Shown here one piece after another: positions 1-8,787 of a stretch of DNA of 64,000 bases. The notes beneath the pieces are model-generated. The model ran no database searches. It saw only the letters and a list, made by a program, of their open reading frames with translations, and was not told the origin of the DNA. Source of the stretch: Curvibacter sp. GWA2_63_95. GTDB lineage: Bacteria; Pseudomonadota; Gammaproteobacteria; Burkholderiales; Burkholderiaceae_C. The stretch is from NCBI GenBank assembly GCA_001795455.1, contig MGPB01000019.1:36630-100629 (forward strand). Reading direction: 5' to 3'. Each line of letters opens with the position of its first letter. The stretch's first letter is position 1. Both the position numbers and the translations under genes were made by a program.

Positions 1-8
1 TCCCCACC

Positions 9-881
9 ATGAGCGCCTCCCGCATCCCCCCCATCCAGTGCCTGCTGACCTTTGAGGCCCTGGCACGGCTGCGATCGGTCACGCTGGCGGCAGAAGAGCT
101 CTTTGTCACACCCAGCGCAGTGAGCCACCGGGTACGGCAGCTGGAGCAGATCATTGGCACCAAGCTGTTTGGCCGCGCCGACTTTTCACTGACCACCGAG
201 GGCAGCGAGTACCTGGCCCATGTGCGTGAGGGCTTGGCGATCCTGCAGAAATTTCCCAGCGCATCCGCCGCGCCGGGCAAGCGCAAGCTGCGCCTGGCGG
301 TCACGCCCACGTTTTCGCGCTCCATCCTCATCCCGCGGCTGCGCCAGTTCACCGACGCCTACCCCGAGATCGACCTGACCTTGCAGGTGTCCATCCCCCT
401 GCTGGACGTGGTGGCCGAGGACGCTGACCTGATGGTGCGCTTTGGCCCCGGCCGTTACGCCGACATGGAGCATGTGTGCCTGATGAAGGACGAGGTGACG
501 CCGCTGGCCTCGCCCGCCTTTGTGCGCGAGCATGGCCCGTTTGAGACACCGCAAGACTTGGCCAACCTGCCCTTCCTGCGCAGCCCGCTGGAACCCTGGC
601 GCACCTGGTTCGCCGCCAACGGGCTGGACTGGCCCGAGCCGGTGGACGGCTCCCAGTTCAACGACATTGGCCTGATGTGCGACGCCGCGGCCGCGGGGAT
701 GGGTGTGGGCTTGGTGCGTCTGAAGCTGGGCGCCCCCTGGCTGGAGAACGGCTCGCTGGTGCGGCTCTACGACAACAACGTACCCAGCCCCCACGCCCAC
801 TACCTGTGCTGGCGCACCGGCGCCATGGACCGCTGGGAAGTGGCAGCTTTTGCCGACTGGTTGAAAAAAGCGGTGGGCTAG
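9..881 (+). CDS. LysR-family transcriptional regulator (GcvA-like)
   Basis: N-terminal HTH (FEALARLRSVTLAAEELFVTPSAVSHRVRQLE) plus LysR substrate-binding domain, 290 aa. Confidence 0.93.
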   Translation: MSASRIPPIQCLLTFEALARLRSVTLAAEELFVTPSAVSHRVRQLEQIIGTKLFGRADFSLTTEGSEYLAHVREGLAILQKFPSASAAPGKRKLRLAVTPTFSRSILIPRLRQFTDAYPEIDLTLQVSIPLLDVVAEDADLMVRFGPGRYADMEHVCLMKDEVTPLASPAFVREHGPFETPQDLANLPFLRSPLEPWRTWFAANGLDWPEPVDGSQFNDIGLMCDAAAAGMGVGLVRLKLGAPWLENGSLVRLYDNNVPSPHAHYLCWRTGAMDRWEVAAFADWLKKAVG

Positions 882-953
882 GCGCCAGTTTCTTCACGCC
901 ACAGCGCCCGGCTTTCCACTAGAGTGCAGACCACGCTACCCGAAAGCACCACC

Positions 954-2456
954 ATGAACGCCCCCGCCTCCGCCAGCACCGCCGATTTGCTATCAAAAAC
1001 AGAGCTGCTTTCGCATATTCTGCGAGGGCTTGCACCCTATTTGGCACCACACTCCCTGCTCTACCAGACCGAAGACACCACACCCTACGAATGCGACGGG
1101 CTGACCGCCTACCGCCAGCGCCCGCTGCTGGTGGCGCTGCCCGAGACCGAGGAGCAGGTGGCGGCCGTGCTCAAGGTCTGCCACAGCCTGAACGTGCCGG
1201 TGGTGGCGCGCGGCGCGGGCACCGGCCTGTCGGGCGGGGCCATGCCGCACGCGCTGGGCGTGACGCTGTCACTGGCCAAGTTCAACAAGATCCTCAAACT
1301 GGACAAGCGCAGCCGCACGGCGGTCGTGCAGTGTGGTGTGCGCAACCTGGCTATCAGCGAGGCGGCCTCACCGCTGGGCCTGTACTACGCACCCGACCCA
1401 TCCAGCCAGATCGCCTGCACCATAGGCGGCAACGTGGCCGAGAATTCGGGCGGCGTGCACTGCCTGAAATACGGCTTGACGCTGCACAACGTGCTGAAGG
1501 TGCGCGGCTTCACCATGGAGGGCGAACCGATTGAATTTGGCGGCGACGCACTGGACGCCCCCGGCTACGACCTGATGAGTGTGGTGGTGGGCAGCGAGGG
1601 CATGCTGGCCGTCATCACCGAAGTGACCGTGAAGCTGGTGCCCAAGCCGCAACTGGCACGCTGCATCATGGCCAGTTTTGACGATCTGCGCAAAGCCGGT
1701 GACGCGGTGGCCGCCGTCATTGCGGCCGGCATCATCCCCGCCGGGCTGGAGATGATGGACAAGCCCATGACCGCGGCCGTAGAAGATTTTGTGCATGCGG
1801 GTTACGACCTGAGTGCCGAGGCGATTTTGCTGTGCGAAAGCGACGGCACACCCGAAGAGGTGGAAGAAGAGATTGGCCGCATGACCGAGGTGCTGCGCAG
1901 TGCGGGTGCCACCGGCATTGCGGTCAGCAACAGCGAGGCCGAACGCCTGCGCTTCTGGAGCGGACGCAAAAACGCCTTCCCGGCCAGTGGCCGCATCAGC
2001 CCCGACTACATGTGCATGGACAGCACCATCCCCCGTGCGCGGCTGGCCGACATCCTGCTGGCGATTGCCGAGATGGAGAAGAAGTACCAGCTGCGCTGCG
2101 CCAATGTGTTCCACGCGGGCGACGGCAATCTGCACCCGCTGATCCTGTTCGATGCCAACGACGCTGACCAGCTGCGCCGCTGCGAACTGTTTGGCGCCGA
2201 GATTCTGGAAACCAGTGTGGCCATGGGCGGCACGGTGACCGGCGAGCACGGCGTGGGCGTGGAAAAACTCAACAGCATGTGTGTGCAATTCAGCGCCGAA
2301 GAAAACGCGCAAATGTTTGCGCTCAAGGCCGCGTTTGACCCCAAGGGCCTGCTCAATCCCGGGAAGGTGATTCCGACGCTGCAGCGCTGCGCCGAATACG
2401 GCCGCGAGCTGGTGCGCGGCGGCAAGATCAAGCACCCGGACTTGCCCCGGTTCTAG
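954..2456 (+). CDS. glcD: FAD-linked oxidase, glycolate oxidase subunit GlcD
   Basis: ARGAGTGLSGG FAD loop, PDPSSQIACTIGGN, HAGDGNLHP, GEHGVG motifs; start placed at ATG 954 (ORF track opens at 924). Confidence 0.88.
   Translation: MNAPASASTADLLSKTELLSHILRGLAPYLAPHSLLYQTEDTTPYECDGLTAYRQRPLLVALPETEEQVAAVLKVCHSLNVPVVARGAGTGLSGGAMPHALGVTLSLAKFNKILKLDKRSRTAVVQCGVRNLAISEAASPLGLYYAPDPSSQIACTIGGNVAENSGGVHCLKYGLTLHNVLKVRGFTMEGEPIEFGGDALDAPGYDLMSVVVGSEGMLAVITEVTVKLVPKPQLARCIMASFDDLRKAGDAVAAVIAAGIIPAGLEMMDKPMTAAVEDFVHAGYDLSAEAILLCESDGTPEEVEEEIGRMTEVLRSAGATGIAVSNSEAERLRFWSGRKNAFPASGRISPDYMCMDSTIPRARLADILLAIAEMEKKYQLRCANVFHAGDGNLHPLILFDANDADQLRRCELFGAEILETSVAMGGTVTGEHGVGVEKLNSMCVQFSAEENAQMFALKAAFDPKGLLNPGKVIPTLQRCAEYGRELVRGGKIKHPDLPRF
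986..1045 (+). repeat. AT-rich dispersed repeat family A, copy 1 (in frame in glcD)
   Basis: TTTGCTATCAAAAACAGAGCTGCTTTCGCATATTCTGCGAGGGCTTGCACCCTATTTGGC matches consensus TGCTATnAAAnnnnTAGCTGCTTGCGCAn...GGGCTAGAGGCCTATTTG. Confidence 0.8.
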
Positions 2457-2532
2457 GCCCGACAAGAGCCCCCCAGGGTTTGCTGAAACACAGTGCAGAG
2501 ATGCACACCCCGCCAGCTTCGTATTTCTCATC

Positions 2533-2561
2533 TTGACGCCTGGGCCCAAGCGGGTTTCAAT
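2533..2561 (+). promoter_or_regulatory. sigma70-like promoter of the Bor-like gene
   Basis: TTGACG (2533-2538), 17 bp spacer, TTCAAT (2556-2561); predicted transcript start coincides with hairpin CAGCCTGTG-aga-CACAGGCTG. Confidence 0.5.
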
Positions 2562-2621
2562 GGCCTGCAGCCTGTGAGACACAGGCTGTCTGTCTGCAAA
2601 CTCACTTAGGGAGATTCTTGA

Positions 2622-2918
2622 ATGATGAAATCAGCTTTCACCGTCATCACCGCCGTCGCGCTGCTGAGCGGTTGCGCCAACCAACGCTTCAACGTCGCGG
2701 GTGAACTCTCGGCTACGCCGACCGCCAAAGCCGAAGACAGCCAGACCTTCTTTGTCAGCGGCATTGGGCAAATGAAGTCGGTGGACGCTGGCAAGGTGTG
2801 TGGCGGTGCCGACAAAGTCACCGGCGTTGCCGTAGAGCAGTCGGCCACCGATGTGCTGCTTGGCATGGTCACCCTGGGCATCTACACACCCCGCACCGCC
2901 CGCGTGTACTGCAAATAA
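2622..2918 (+). CDS. Bor/Iss-family outer-membrane lipoprotein
   Basis: Lipobox LLSGC, FFVSGIGQ, CGGADKV and LGIYTPRTARVYC match lambda Bor family motifs; RBS AGGGAG upstream. Confidence 0.88.
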   Translation: MMKSAFTVITAVALLSGCANQRFNVAGELSATPTAKAEDSQTFFVSGIGQMKSVDAGKVCGGADKVTGVAVEQSATDVLLGMVTLGIYTPRTARVYCK

Positions 2919-2939
2919 ACCAGCCTCTGACGCAAATCC

Positions 2940-2965
2940 AAGCCCCTCGCCGAGGGGCTTTTTTA
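2940..2965 (+). terminator. Rho-independent terminator
   Basis: AAGCCCCTC-gcc-GAGGGGCTT followed by T tract. Confidence 0.85.
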
Positions 2966-2982
2966 CGGGCCTTTACGCATCG

Positions 2983-3046
2983 TTTTTAAGTCAAATAGAC
3001 CTCTAGCCCGCATGAAATATGCGCGACCAGCTCCTTATTTAGGAGC
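2983..3046 (-). repeat. Repeat family A, copy 2 (intergenic)
   Basis: Reverse complement GCTCCTAAATAAGGAGCTGGTCGCGCATATTTCATGCGGGCTAGAGGTCTATTTGACTTAAAAA. Confidence 0.85.
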
Positions 3047-3061
3047 GCCGCATCCGCAACA

Positions 3062-3721
3062 TCAGGCGACCGTGGCCCGCGCCAACATGCGGCTCACCGC
3101 GCGCGGGTCCAGGCCGTACATGTCGGCAAAGGCGTCCAGCGATTTGCCACTGGCTTTGAAAGCCTGCAGCAGCGCCTCGGTCTTGGCAGCGCGGGCATTG
3201 GCTTGCGCCATGGCCTCGTCGAGCACGGCATTGGCGGCTTCGTCGCGGCTGCGCACTAGTTCGCTGTAGGCTTGGGGTGTCAGGCCCGAGGCCTCACAAG
3301 CCACCACGATGCGCTGCACGAGCTTGGGGCGCAGGTCTTCCTTGCTGCGGGTCTGGCGGCGGCGAAACACTTCCAGCAGCGCGTGGTGCACATGCTCGGG
3401 GGCCATTGCCTCCACCGCCTGGCCTTGCAGGTCGTAGCGGTCACCCCCCGAGGCCACCGCCGTCAGGTAGCGGGTCGACCGGGTGTGGTGGGCCAACGCT
3501 GTCTTGAGGCTGTCGCGCTCGAAGGCGTCGGGATGGGCCTCCAGCAGGTCCTGAAAGATGCCGCGCTTCATGGGCTGGAACGTGGCGCCAAACATCTGGG
3601 GGTACAAGGCCGCCATGTGCTCCAACACCGGCAAAACATCGGGCCTGGAAGCCCGCTTGGACGGGGCCACAGGGGCATCGGCAGCCAGTGTTTCGGGTGG
3701 GATTGGCAAGGTGTCTGTCAT
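3062..3721 (-). CDS. ProQ/FinO-family RNA chaperone
   Basis: YPQMFG..QPMKRGIFQDL, LKTALAHHTRSTRYL, RYDLQG motifs. Confidence 0.85.
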   Translation of the reverse strand: MTDTLPIPPETLAADAPVAPSKRASRPDVLPVLEHMAALYPQMFGATFQPMKRGIFQDLLEAHPDAFERDSLKTALAHHTRSTRYLTAVASGGDRYDLQGQAVEAMAPEHVHHALLEVFRRRQTRSKEDLRPKLVQRIVVACEASGLTPQAYSELVRSRDEAANAVLDEAMAQANARAAKTEALLQAFKASGKSLDAFADMYGLDPRAVSRMLARATVA

Positions 3722-3802
3722 GTCAAAAATTCAGAATGGCTGGAGAAAAGCCCTCAATCATGCCAGCGACGGACACCGCCCTCCCGCCGTCCATCCAGTT
3801 GA

Positions 3803-4660
3803 CTAGGAAAGTACAAAACCCCGCACCGGGTCCGCCGCACTGCGCTGCAGCCAATTGGTCGCCGCATAGTCCGTGCTGGCGTCCGTCGCATGCAAGGTAT
3901 AGGCATGCCGCGACACGGCCGAACGGTTGGGCGCGCTGTAGTGTGGCAGCAGGCCATGGAAGACCACCAGCGCGCCCGCCTTCACCTCCAGCGGAACCGC
4001 ATTCACATTGCTGGCCGGCCAGGGCGTGGCGTCCAGCTTCTTCATCGTGATCGTGTCGCCATGGCGCTCAAAGCGCTCGCGCAGCACGCCGCGCGGGCCA
4101 CGGTGGCCGCCGGGTTCGGTCCACAGGCAGCCGTTGTCCAGCGTGGCGTCTTCCAGCGCAAACCAGAAGGTGGTGACGCTGATGGGCGTGGTGTCAAAAA
4201 ACGTGGCGTCCTGGTGCCAGCCGACCTCGCCGCCGATGCCGGGCTGCTTGAAGATGTACATGGACTGCCAGACCTGGGGCCGGGTCAGGCCCACATCGGC
4301 CGCCACTTCGGCCAGCGCGGCGCCGTGGCTGAAGGCTTCGAACACTGGGTCTTTGTCGTGCAAGGCGTGGCCAATCTTGTTGATGGACAGGGCCTTGGCC
4401 TGGCGCAGTTCACCGTCCGGGCCAAACGCCTCTTCTTCAAAAAAGCAGCTGATGCGGTCGGCCGAATCGAGGAAGTAGCGATCCACCTGGCGCACCTGGT
4501 CGTTGGTGGTGAAGATGGTCTTGCTCTCGTTGGGGTCAAAGGCCTCGACGATGGCCTCGGCCCGTGCGCGCACGGCGGCGATGTCGGCGGCGGATTTGAA
4601 ATTCGGCAGGATGAGGAAGCCGTCTTCCTGGTAGCGGGTTTTCTGTTCGGGTGTCAGCAT
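3803..4660 (-). CDS. Phytanoyl-CoA dioxygenase (PhyH)-family Fe(II)/2OG dioxygenase
   Basis: MLTPEQKTRYQEDGFL start, WHQDAT (HxD) and FHGLLPHYS (distal His) motifs; start at ATG 4660. Confidence 0.88.
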   Translation of the reverse strand: MLTPEQKTRYQEDGFLILPNFKSAADIAAVRARAEAIVEAFDPNESKTIFTTNDQVRQVDRYFLDSADRISCFFEEEAFGPDGELRQAKALSINKIGHALHDKDPVFEAFSHGAALAEVAADVGLTRPQVWQSMYIFKQPGIGGEVGWHQDATFFDTTPISVTTFWFALEDATLDNGCLWTEPGGHRGPRGVLRERFERHGDTITMKKLDATPWPASNVNAVPLEVKAGALVVFHGLLPHYSAPNRSAVSRHAYTLHATDASTDYAATNWLQRSAADPVRGFVLS

Positions 4661-4763
4661 GGGGCTATGCAAAGTTGGGCTGTGGCCATAGCGTTTCAGT
4701 ATAGACAGGCCGGGCACGGCCCCGGCCAAATCGGATACGCTTGTTGGCAGGAGAACCCGACCC

Positions 4764-5771
4764 GTGAACCTTGCCCCCCTGATCCAGCTCACCCGTGGCG
4801 GTACGCCCGAATGCCTGCACTTTGGTGCCATTGCCGTGGTCAACCGCACCGGCCAGCTCAAGGCCTTTGCGGGCGATCCGCACCTGGTCACCTTCACCCG
4901 CTCCACGCTGAAGGCGCTGCAGGCCCTGCCCTTTGTGGAGGCCGGTGGCCCTGCGCAGTTTGGTTTTACGCAAGCCGAGAACGCGCTCTTGTGCGCCAGC
5001 CACAACGGCGAAGCCATGCATGTGGATGGCGCCAACCGCATGCTGGTCAAGGCCGGCCACACCTACAAAACCTTGCGCTGCGGCTGCCATGTGCCGCTGC
5101 TGTTCAGCTACTTTGACAAGGGTGCCCCCGAAGGCGCCACCTACACCGAGGCCCACAATAACTGCAGCGGCAAACACGCGGGCTTCGTGGCCTATTGCGT
5201 GCAGCACGGCCTGCCGCTGGATGACTACACCGCGCCCGACCACCCGCTGCAGCAGGCCATTGCCCGCGATGTGGCGCGCGCCGTGGGCATGGAGGTGCAG
5301 GACATGCCGCGCGGCATTGACGGCTGCTCGGCCCCCAACTTCGCCATGCCGATTTCCAACCTGGCCCGCGGCTATGCGCGCCTGGCCAGCGGTGCGCAGG
5401 ACGCCGAGTTCGGCGCCAGCTTTGCGTTGCTGAGCGAGGCCATGACCGCCCACCCCGAGATGGTCAGCGGCACCGGCCGCAACGACCTGGACTTCATGCG
5501 CGTGGGCCGGGGCGACTGGGTCAGCAAGGTGGGCGCGGATGGCGTGCAGGTGGTGGGCAGCAAGAGCCGCGGCGAGGCCTTTGCACTCAAGATCATTGAC
5601 GGCAACAAACCCGCGCTGTTTGCGGCCAGCGTGGAAATTCTGGACCAGCTGGGCTGGCTGGACGACGCCCAGCGCGCCGCCTTGCAGCCCTGGCGCGCGG
5701 CCGAGATTCGCAATGCACGCGGCCTGCTGGTGGGCGAGCGGCTCCCTGTGTTCCAACTGGAAACCCCATGA
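4764..5771 (+). CDS. L-asparaginase II family protein
   Basis: RSTLKALQA, CASHNGE, NNCSGKHAGF, DGCSAP, SKVGADG motifs. Confidence 0.88.
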   Translation: MNLAPLIQLTRGGTPECLHFGAIAVVNRTGQLKAFAGDPHLVTFTRSTLKALQALPFVEAGGPAQFGFTQAENALLCASHNGEAMHVDGANRMLVKAGHTYKTLRCGCHVPLLFSYFDKGAPEGATYTEAHNNCSGKHAGFVAYCVQHGLPLDDYTAPDHPLQQAIARDVARAVGMEVQDMPRGIDGCSAPNFAMPISNLARGYARLASGAQDAEFGASFALLSEAMTAHPEMVSGTGRNDLDFMRVGRGDWVSKVGADGVQVVGSKSRGEAFALKIIDGNKPALFAASVEILDQLGWLDDAQRAALQPWRAAEIRNARGLLVGERLPVFQLETP

Positions 5772-6682
5772 ACCACAAGATCAGCCTGATTGGCGCACCC
5801 ACCGACATTGGCGCGGGCAGCCGCGGCGCCAGCATGGGGCCCGAAGCCCTGCGTGTGGCCAACATCACCAGCGTGCTGCAGGGCCATGGGCTGGAGGTGC
5901 TGGACAAGGGCAACCTCAGTGGCCCCAGCAACCCCTGGCTGCCGCCGGTCAACGGCTACCGCCACCTGGCCGAGGTGACGGCCTGGAACCGCAGCCTGCA
6001 CGACGCGGTGTACGCCGAGCTGCAGGACGGCCGCCTGCCCATCGTGCTGGGCGGGGACCACTGCTTGGGCATAGGCTCCATCAGCGCCGTGGCGCGCCAC
6101 TGCCGCGAGGCGGGCAAGAAGCTGCGCGTGCTGTGGCTGGACGCGCACGCCGACTTCAACACCAACACGCTCACACCCAGCGGCAACATCCACGGCATGC
6201 CCGTGGCCTGCCTGTGCGGCTTTGGGCCGCAGGAGTTGATCGAGATTGGTGGCCACGTGCCCGCCATTTCACCCAAGTGGGTGCGGCAAATCGGCATCCG
6301 CAGTGTGGACGAGGGCGAGAAACGTTTTGTGCATGAGCAGGACCTGGAGGTCTTTGACATGCGCTACATCGACGAGATGGGCATGCGCGCCGCTATGGAG
6401 CTGGCGTTGGCCCTGACCGACGCCAACACCCACCTGCATGTGAGCTTTGACGTGGACTTTCTGGACCCCGACATCGCGCCCGGCGTGGGCACCACGGTGC
6501 GCGGTGGCCCCACCTACCGCGAGGCGCAGCTCTGCATGGAGATGATTGCCGACACCGGCCGTATAGCCAGCCTGGATGTGTTCGAGCTCAACCCCGCACT
6601 GGACGAGCGCAACCGCACGGCGGAGGTGGCGGTGGACCTGATCGCATCGCTGTTTGGCAAAAGCACCTTGATGCGAAAGTAA
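5768..6682 (+). CDS. rocF: Arginase
   Basis: LGGDHC, WLDAHADFN, HGMP, SFDVDFLDP Mn-binding motifs; 4 bp overlap with upstream gene. Confidence 0.92.
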   Translation: MNHKISLIGAPTDIGAGSRGASMGPEALRVANITSVLQGHGLEVLDKGNLSGPSNPWLPPVNGYRHLAEVTAWNRSLHDAVYAELQDGRLPIVLGGDHCLGIGSISAVARHCREAGKKLRVLWLDAHADFNTNTLTPSGNIHGMPVACLCGFGPQELIEIGGHVPAISPKWVRQIGIRSVDEGEKRFVHEQDLEVFDMRYIDEMGMRAAMELALALTDANTHLHVSFDVDFLDPDIAPGVGTTVRGGPTYREAQLCMEMIADTGRIASLDVFELNPALDERNRTAEVAVDLIASLFGKSTLMRK

Positions 6683-6694
6683 GCCCGGCGCCGC

Positions 6695-8551
6695 TCAGCC
6701 GAGCTTGCACTCTTTCTTCAGCTGCACGATCAATCGGGTGACGGTGGACGAGGCCTCCGAGAACGGCGTGCCGTTGCCCAGCATGTCTTGCGCGCGCGCG
6801 GCCTGGCCTTGGTTGATCGTCTGCGCCACTTGACCGGCAGCCACATGGAATTTCTGGTGCGCCTGAATCAGCGCACTGAAACTGGGCACGCCGGCGCATT
6901 TGCCGTTGGCACCCGCCCCGTGCAACCACTTGCCCAATTCACAGCAGTCATCGCGGCTGACCGTTTCCGCATCCAGGGTTTCATGGCGCTGCGCCGCCAG
7001 GCGCAGTTTGGAACGCCAATCCGCGTGGGCCTTGATGGCGTTGTCCAGGTTGATGCCCGCCCCGCCAGCCGGCAGGCGCGGCGCAGCTGAATGGGCAGCC
7101 ACCAGTGCAGGCACCACGCCAGTTGCACTGGCGGTGTTGCCGCGAAACACCGCCACGGTGTGCACCAGGTCCTGCGCCTGGCTGCGCAGGCTGCCCGCTG
7201 CGGCGGCCATTTCCTCCACCAGCGCGGCGTTTTGCTGGGTGGCCTGGTCCATCTGGGCCACGGCGTCGCGAACCTCTGCCACTCCGGTGGCCTGGGCAGC
7301 ACTGGCCGCGCTGATTTCACCCACGATCTCGGTCACCCGGCGGATGCTTCCCACCACCTCGGTCATGGTCTCGCCTGCGTGATTGACCAAGGCGCTGCCC
7401 TGCTCCACACGCTCCACGCTGTCGCTGATGAGCGTTTTGATTTCTTTGGCGGCTTCGGCGCTGCGGCCAGCCAGGCTGCGTACCTCACTGGCCACCACCG
7501 CAAAGCCGCGGCCTTGCTCTCCGGCGCGGGCAGCTTCTACCGCTGCGTTCAGTGCCAGGATATTGGTCTGGAAGGCAATGCCGTCGATGACGCTGATGAT
7601 GTCGCTGATCTTGCGCGAGCTGTCATTGATGCCCTGCATGGTCTGCACCACCTGGGCCACCACCTCACCGCCTTTGGCGGCGGTTTGGCTGGCGGCCAGG
7701 GCCAGGGTGTTGGCCTCGCGGGCGTTGTCAGCCGACAGGCTGACGGCACCGGTGAGTTGCTCCATGCTGCTGGCAGTGCGCTGCAGATTCGCGGCGGTCT
7801 GTTCGGTGCGGTTGCTCAGGTCCTGGTTGCCGCTGGCAATTTCGGAGCAGGCCACCTCAATGCTGGCCGAGCTGCTGCGCACGGCGGCCACGGCGACCTC
7901 CATACGGCCCAGGGTGGCCTTGAGCGAGTCGCCGCCGCGGGTGCTGGTGAGCGTGCCCCGCACATCGAGGGAGATGCTGTCCTCCCGGTTCACATGGGCC
8001 ACCAGAATACGCAGCTCGTCGCCTTCGCGGGCGGCCCGGGCCATGTTGATGGCCATGACCGCTTCCACGCCCGACTGGATCACCACATACAGCGCGTGGA
8101 TGACGATGCGGCCAAAGTCCGCTTCGGTGGTGCAATACAGGCCAAAACCCGCCGCCTGCAAGCGGTCAAATGCCACGTGGTGCACCGCAAACAGGGCGGC
8201 ACCAAAGACGATGACACGCCAGTCACGGTAGACCAGAAACAAGGCCAGCGCCACAAACACGCCGAAGTGCATCTCCGACATGCCGCGGGCCAACTGGATA
8301 TGCAGGGCCACAAAAGACACCAGGACAAAGGTCAGCACAAAACGGCTGGCCACGGTGTAGCGGGCCAGCCCAAACACACCAAAGGCCAGGGCCAGCAAGA
8401 CCAGTGTGGCGGTGAGGGCCAGGCCCGAGTCGACAAAGTTCACGCCCAGGGCGATGCTGACCACCGCGGCCAGGCAGATATAGCTGAGCAGGACGCGGTC
8501 GCCCAGCATGGCCAGGGCCTCCATGCTGGAGATGGTTTTTTTGGATGTCAT
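6695..8551 (-). CDS. Methyl-accepting chemotaxis protein with multi-TM N-terminus and C-terminal CZB domain
   Basis: [30 protein letters not shown] signalling hairpin; [23 protein letters not shown] motif; start at ATG 8551. Confidence 0.9.
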   Translation of the reverse strand: MTSKKTISSMEALAMLGDRVLLSYICLAAVVSIALGVNFVDSGLALTATLVLLALAFGVFGLARYTVASRFVLTFVLVSFVALHIQLARGMSEMHFGVFVALALFLVYRDWRVIVFGAALFAVHHVAFDRLQAAGFGLYCTTEADFGRIVIHALYVVIQSGVEAVMAINMARAAREGDELRILVAHVNREDSISLDVRGTLTSTRGGDSLKATLGRMEVAVAAVRSSSASIEVACSEIASGNQDLSNRTEQTAANLQRTASSMEQLTGAVSLSADNAREANTLALAASQTAAKGGEVVAQVVQTMQGINDSSRKISDIISVIDGIAFQTNILALNAAVEAARAGEQGRGFAVVASEVRSLAGRSAEAAKEIKTLISDSVERVEQGSALVNHAGETMTEVVGSIRRVTEIVGEISAASAAQATGVAEVRDAVAQMDQATQQNAALVEEMAAAAGSLRSQAQDLVHTVAVFRGNTASATGVVPALVAAHSAAPRLPAGGAGINLDNAIKAHADWRSKLRLAAQRHETLDAETVSRDDCCELGKWLHGAGANGKCAGVPSFSALIQAHQKFHVAAGQVAQTINQGQAARAQDMLGNGTPFSEASSTVTRLIVQLKKECKLG

Positions 8552-8787
8552 AGGTGTTCCAACAGAGTGCAAAGAGGTGCCGAAAGGGATCTCCCCCACC
8601 ACGGATTCAGTTTATGGGGGTGGGGCGTAGGAAAGCAGCGCAAAAACAGCATTTCACACGTCCATTTCAGTGCGCTCCCACGCCATTGCACAGAGGACAA
8701 GCCACCATGGCGGTGGCCCGCAGTTTGCGTTAGAGTCTCAAAGATTGATGGGCGCACGCCTATTGCGACTGTGTACAGGCCGGTGCC

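Noticed and set aside
8552-8787. c-di-GMP (GEMM) riboswitch between the MCP and GGDEF-EAL genes
   Set aside because: The diagnostic GCAAA...GAAA...GACGCAAA arrangement is not found on either strand
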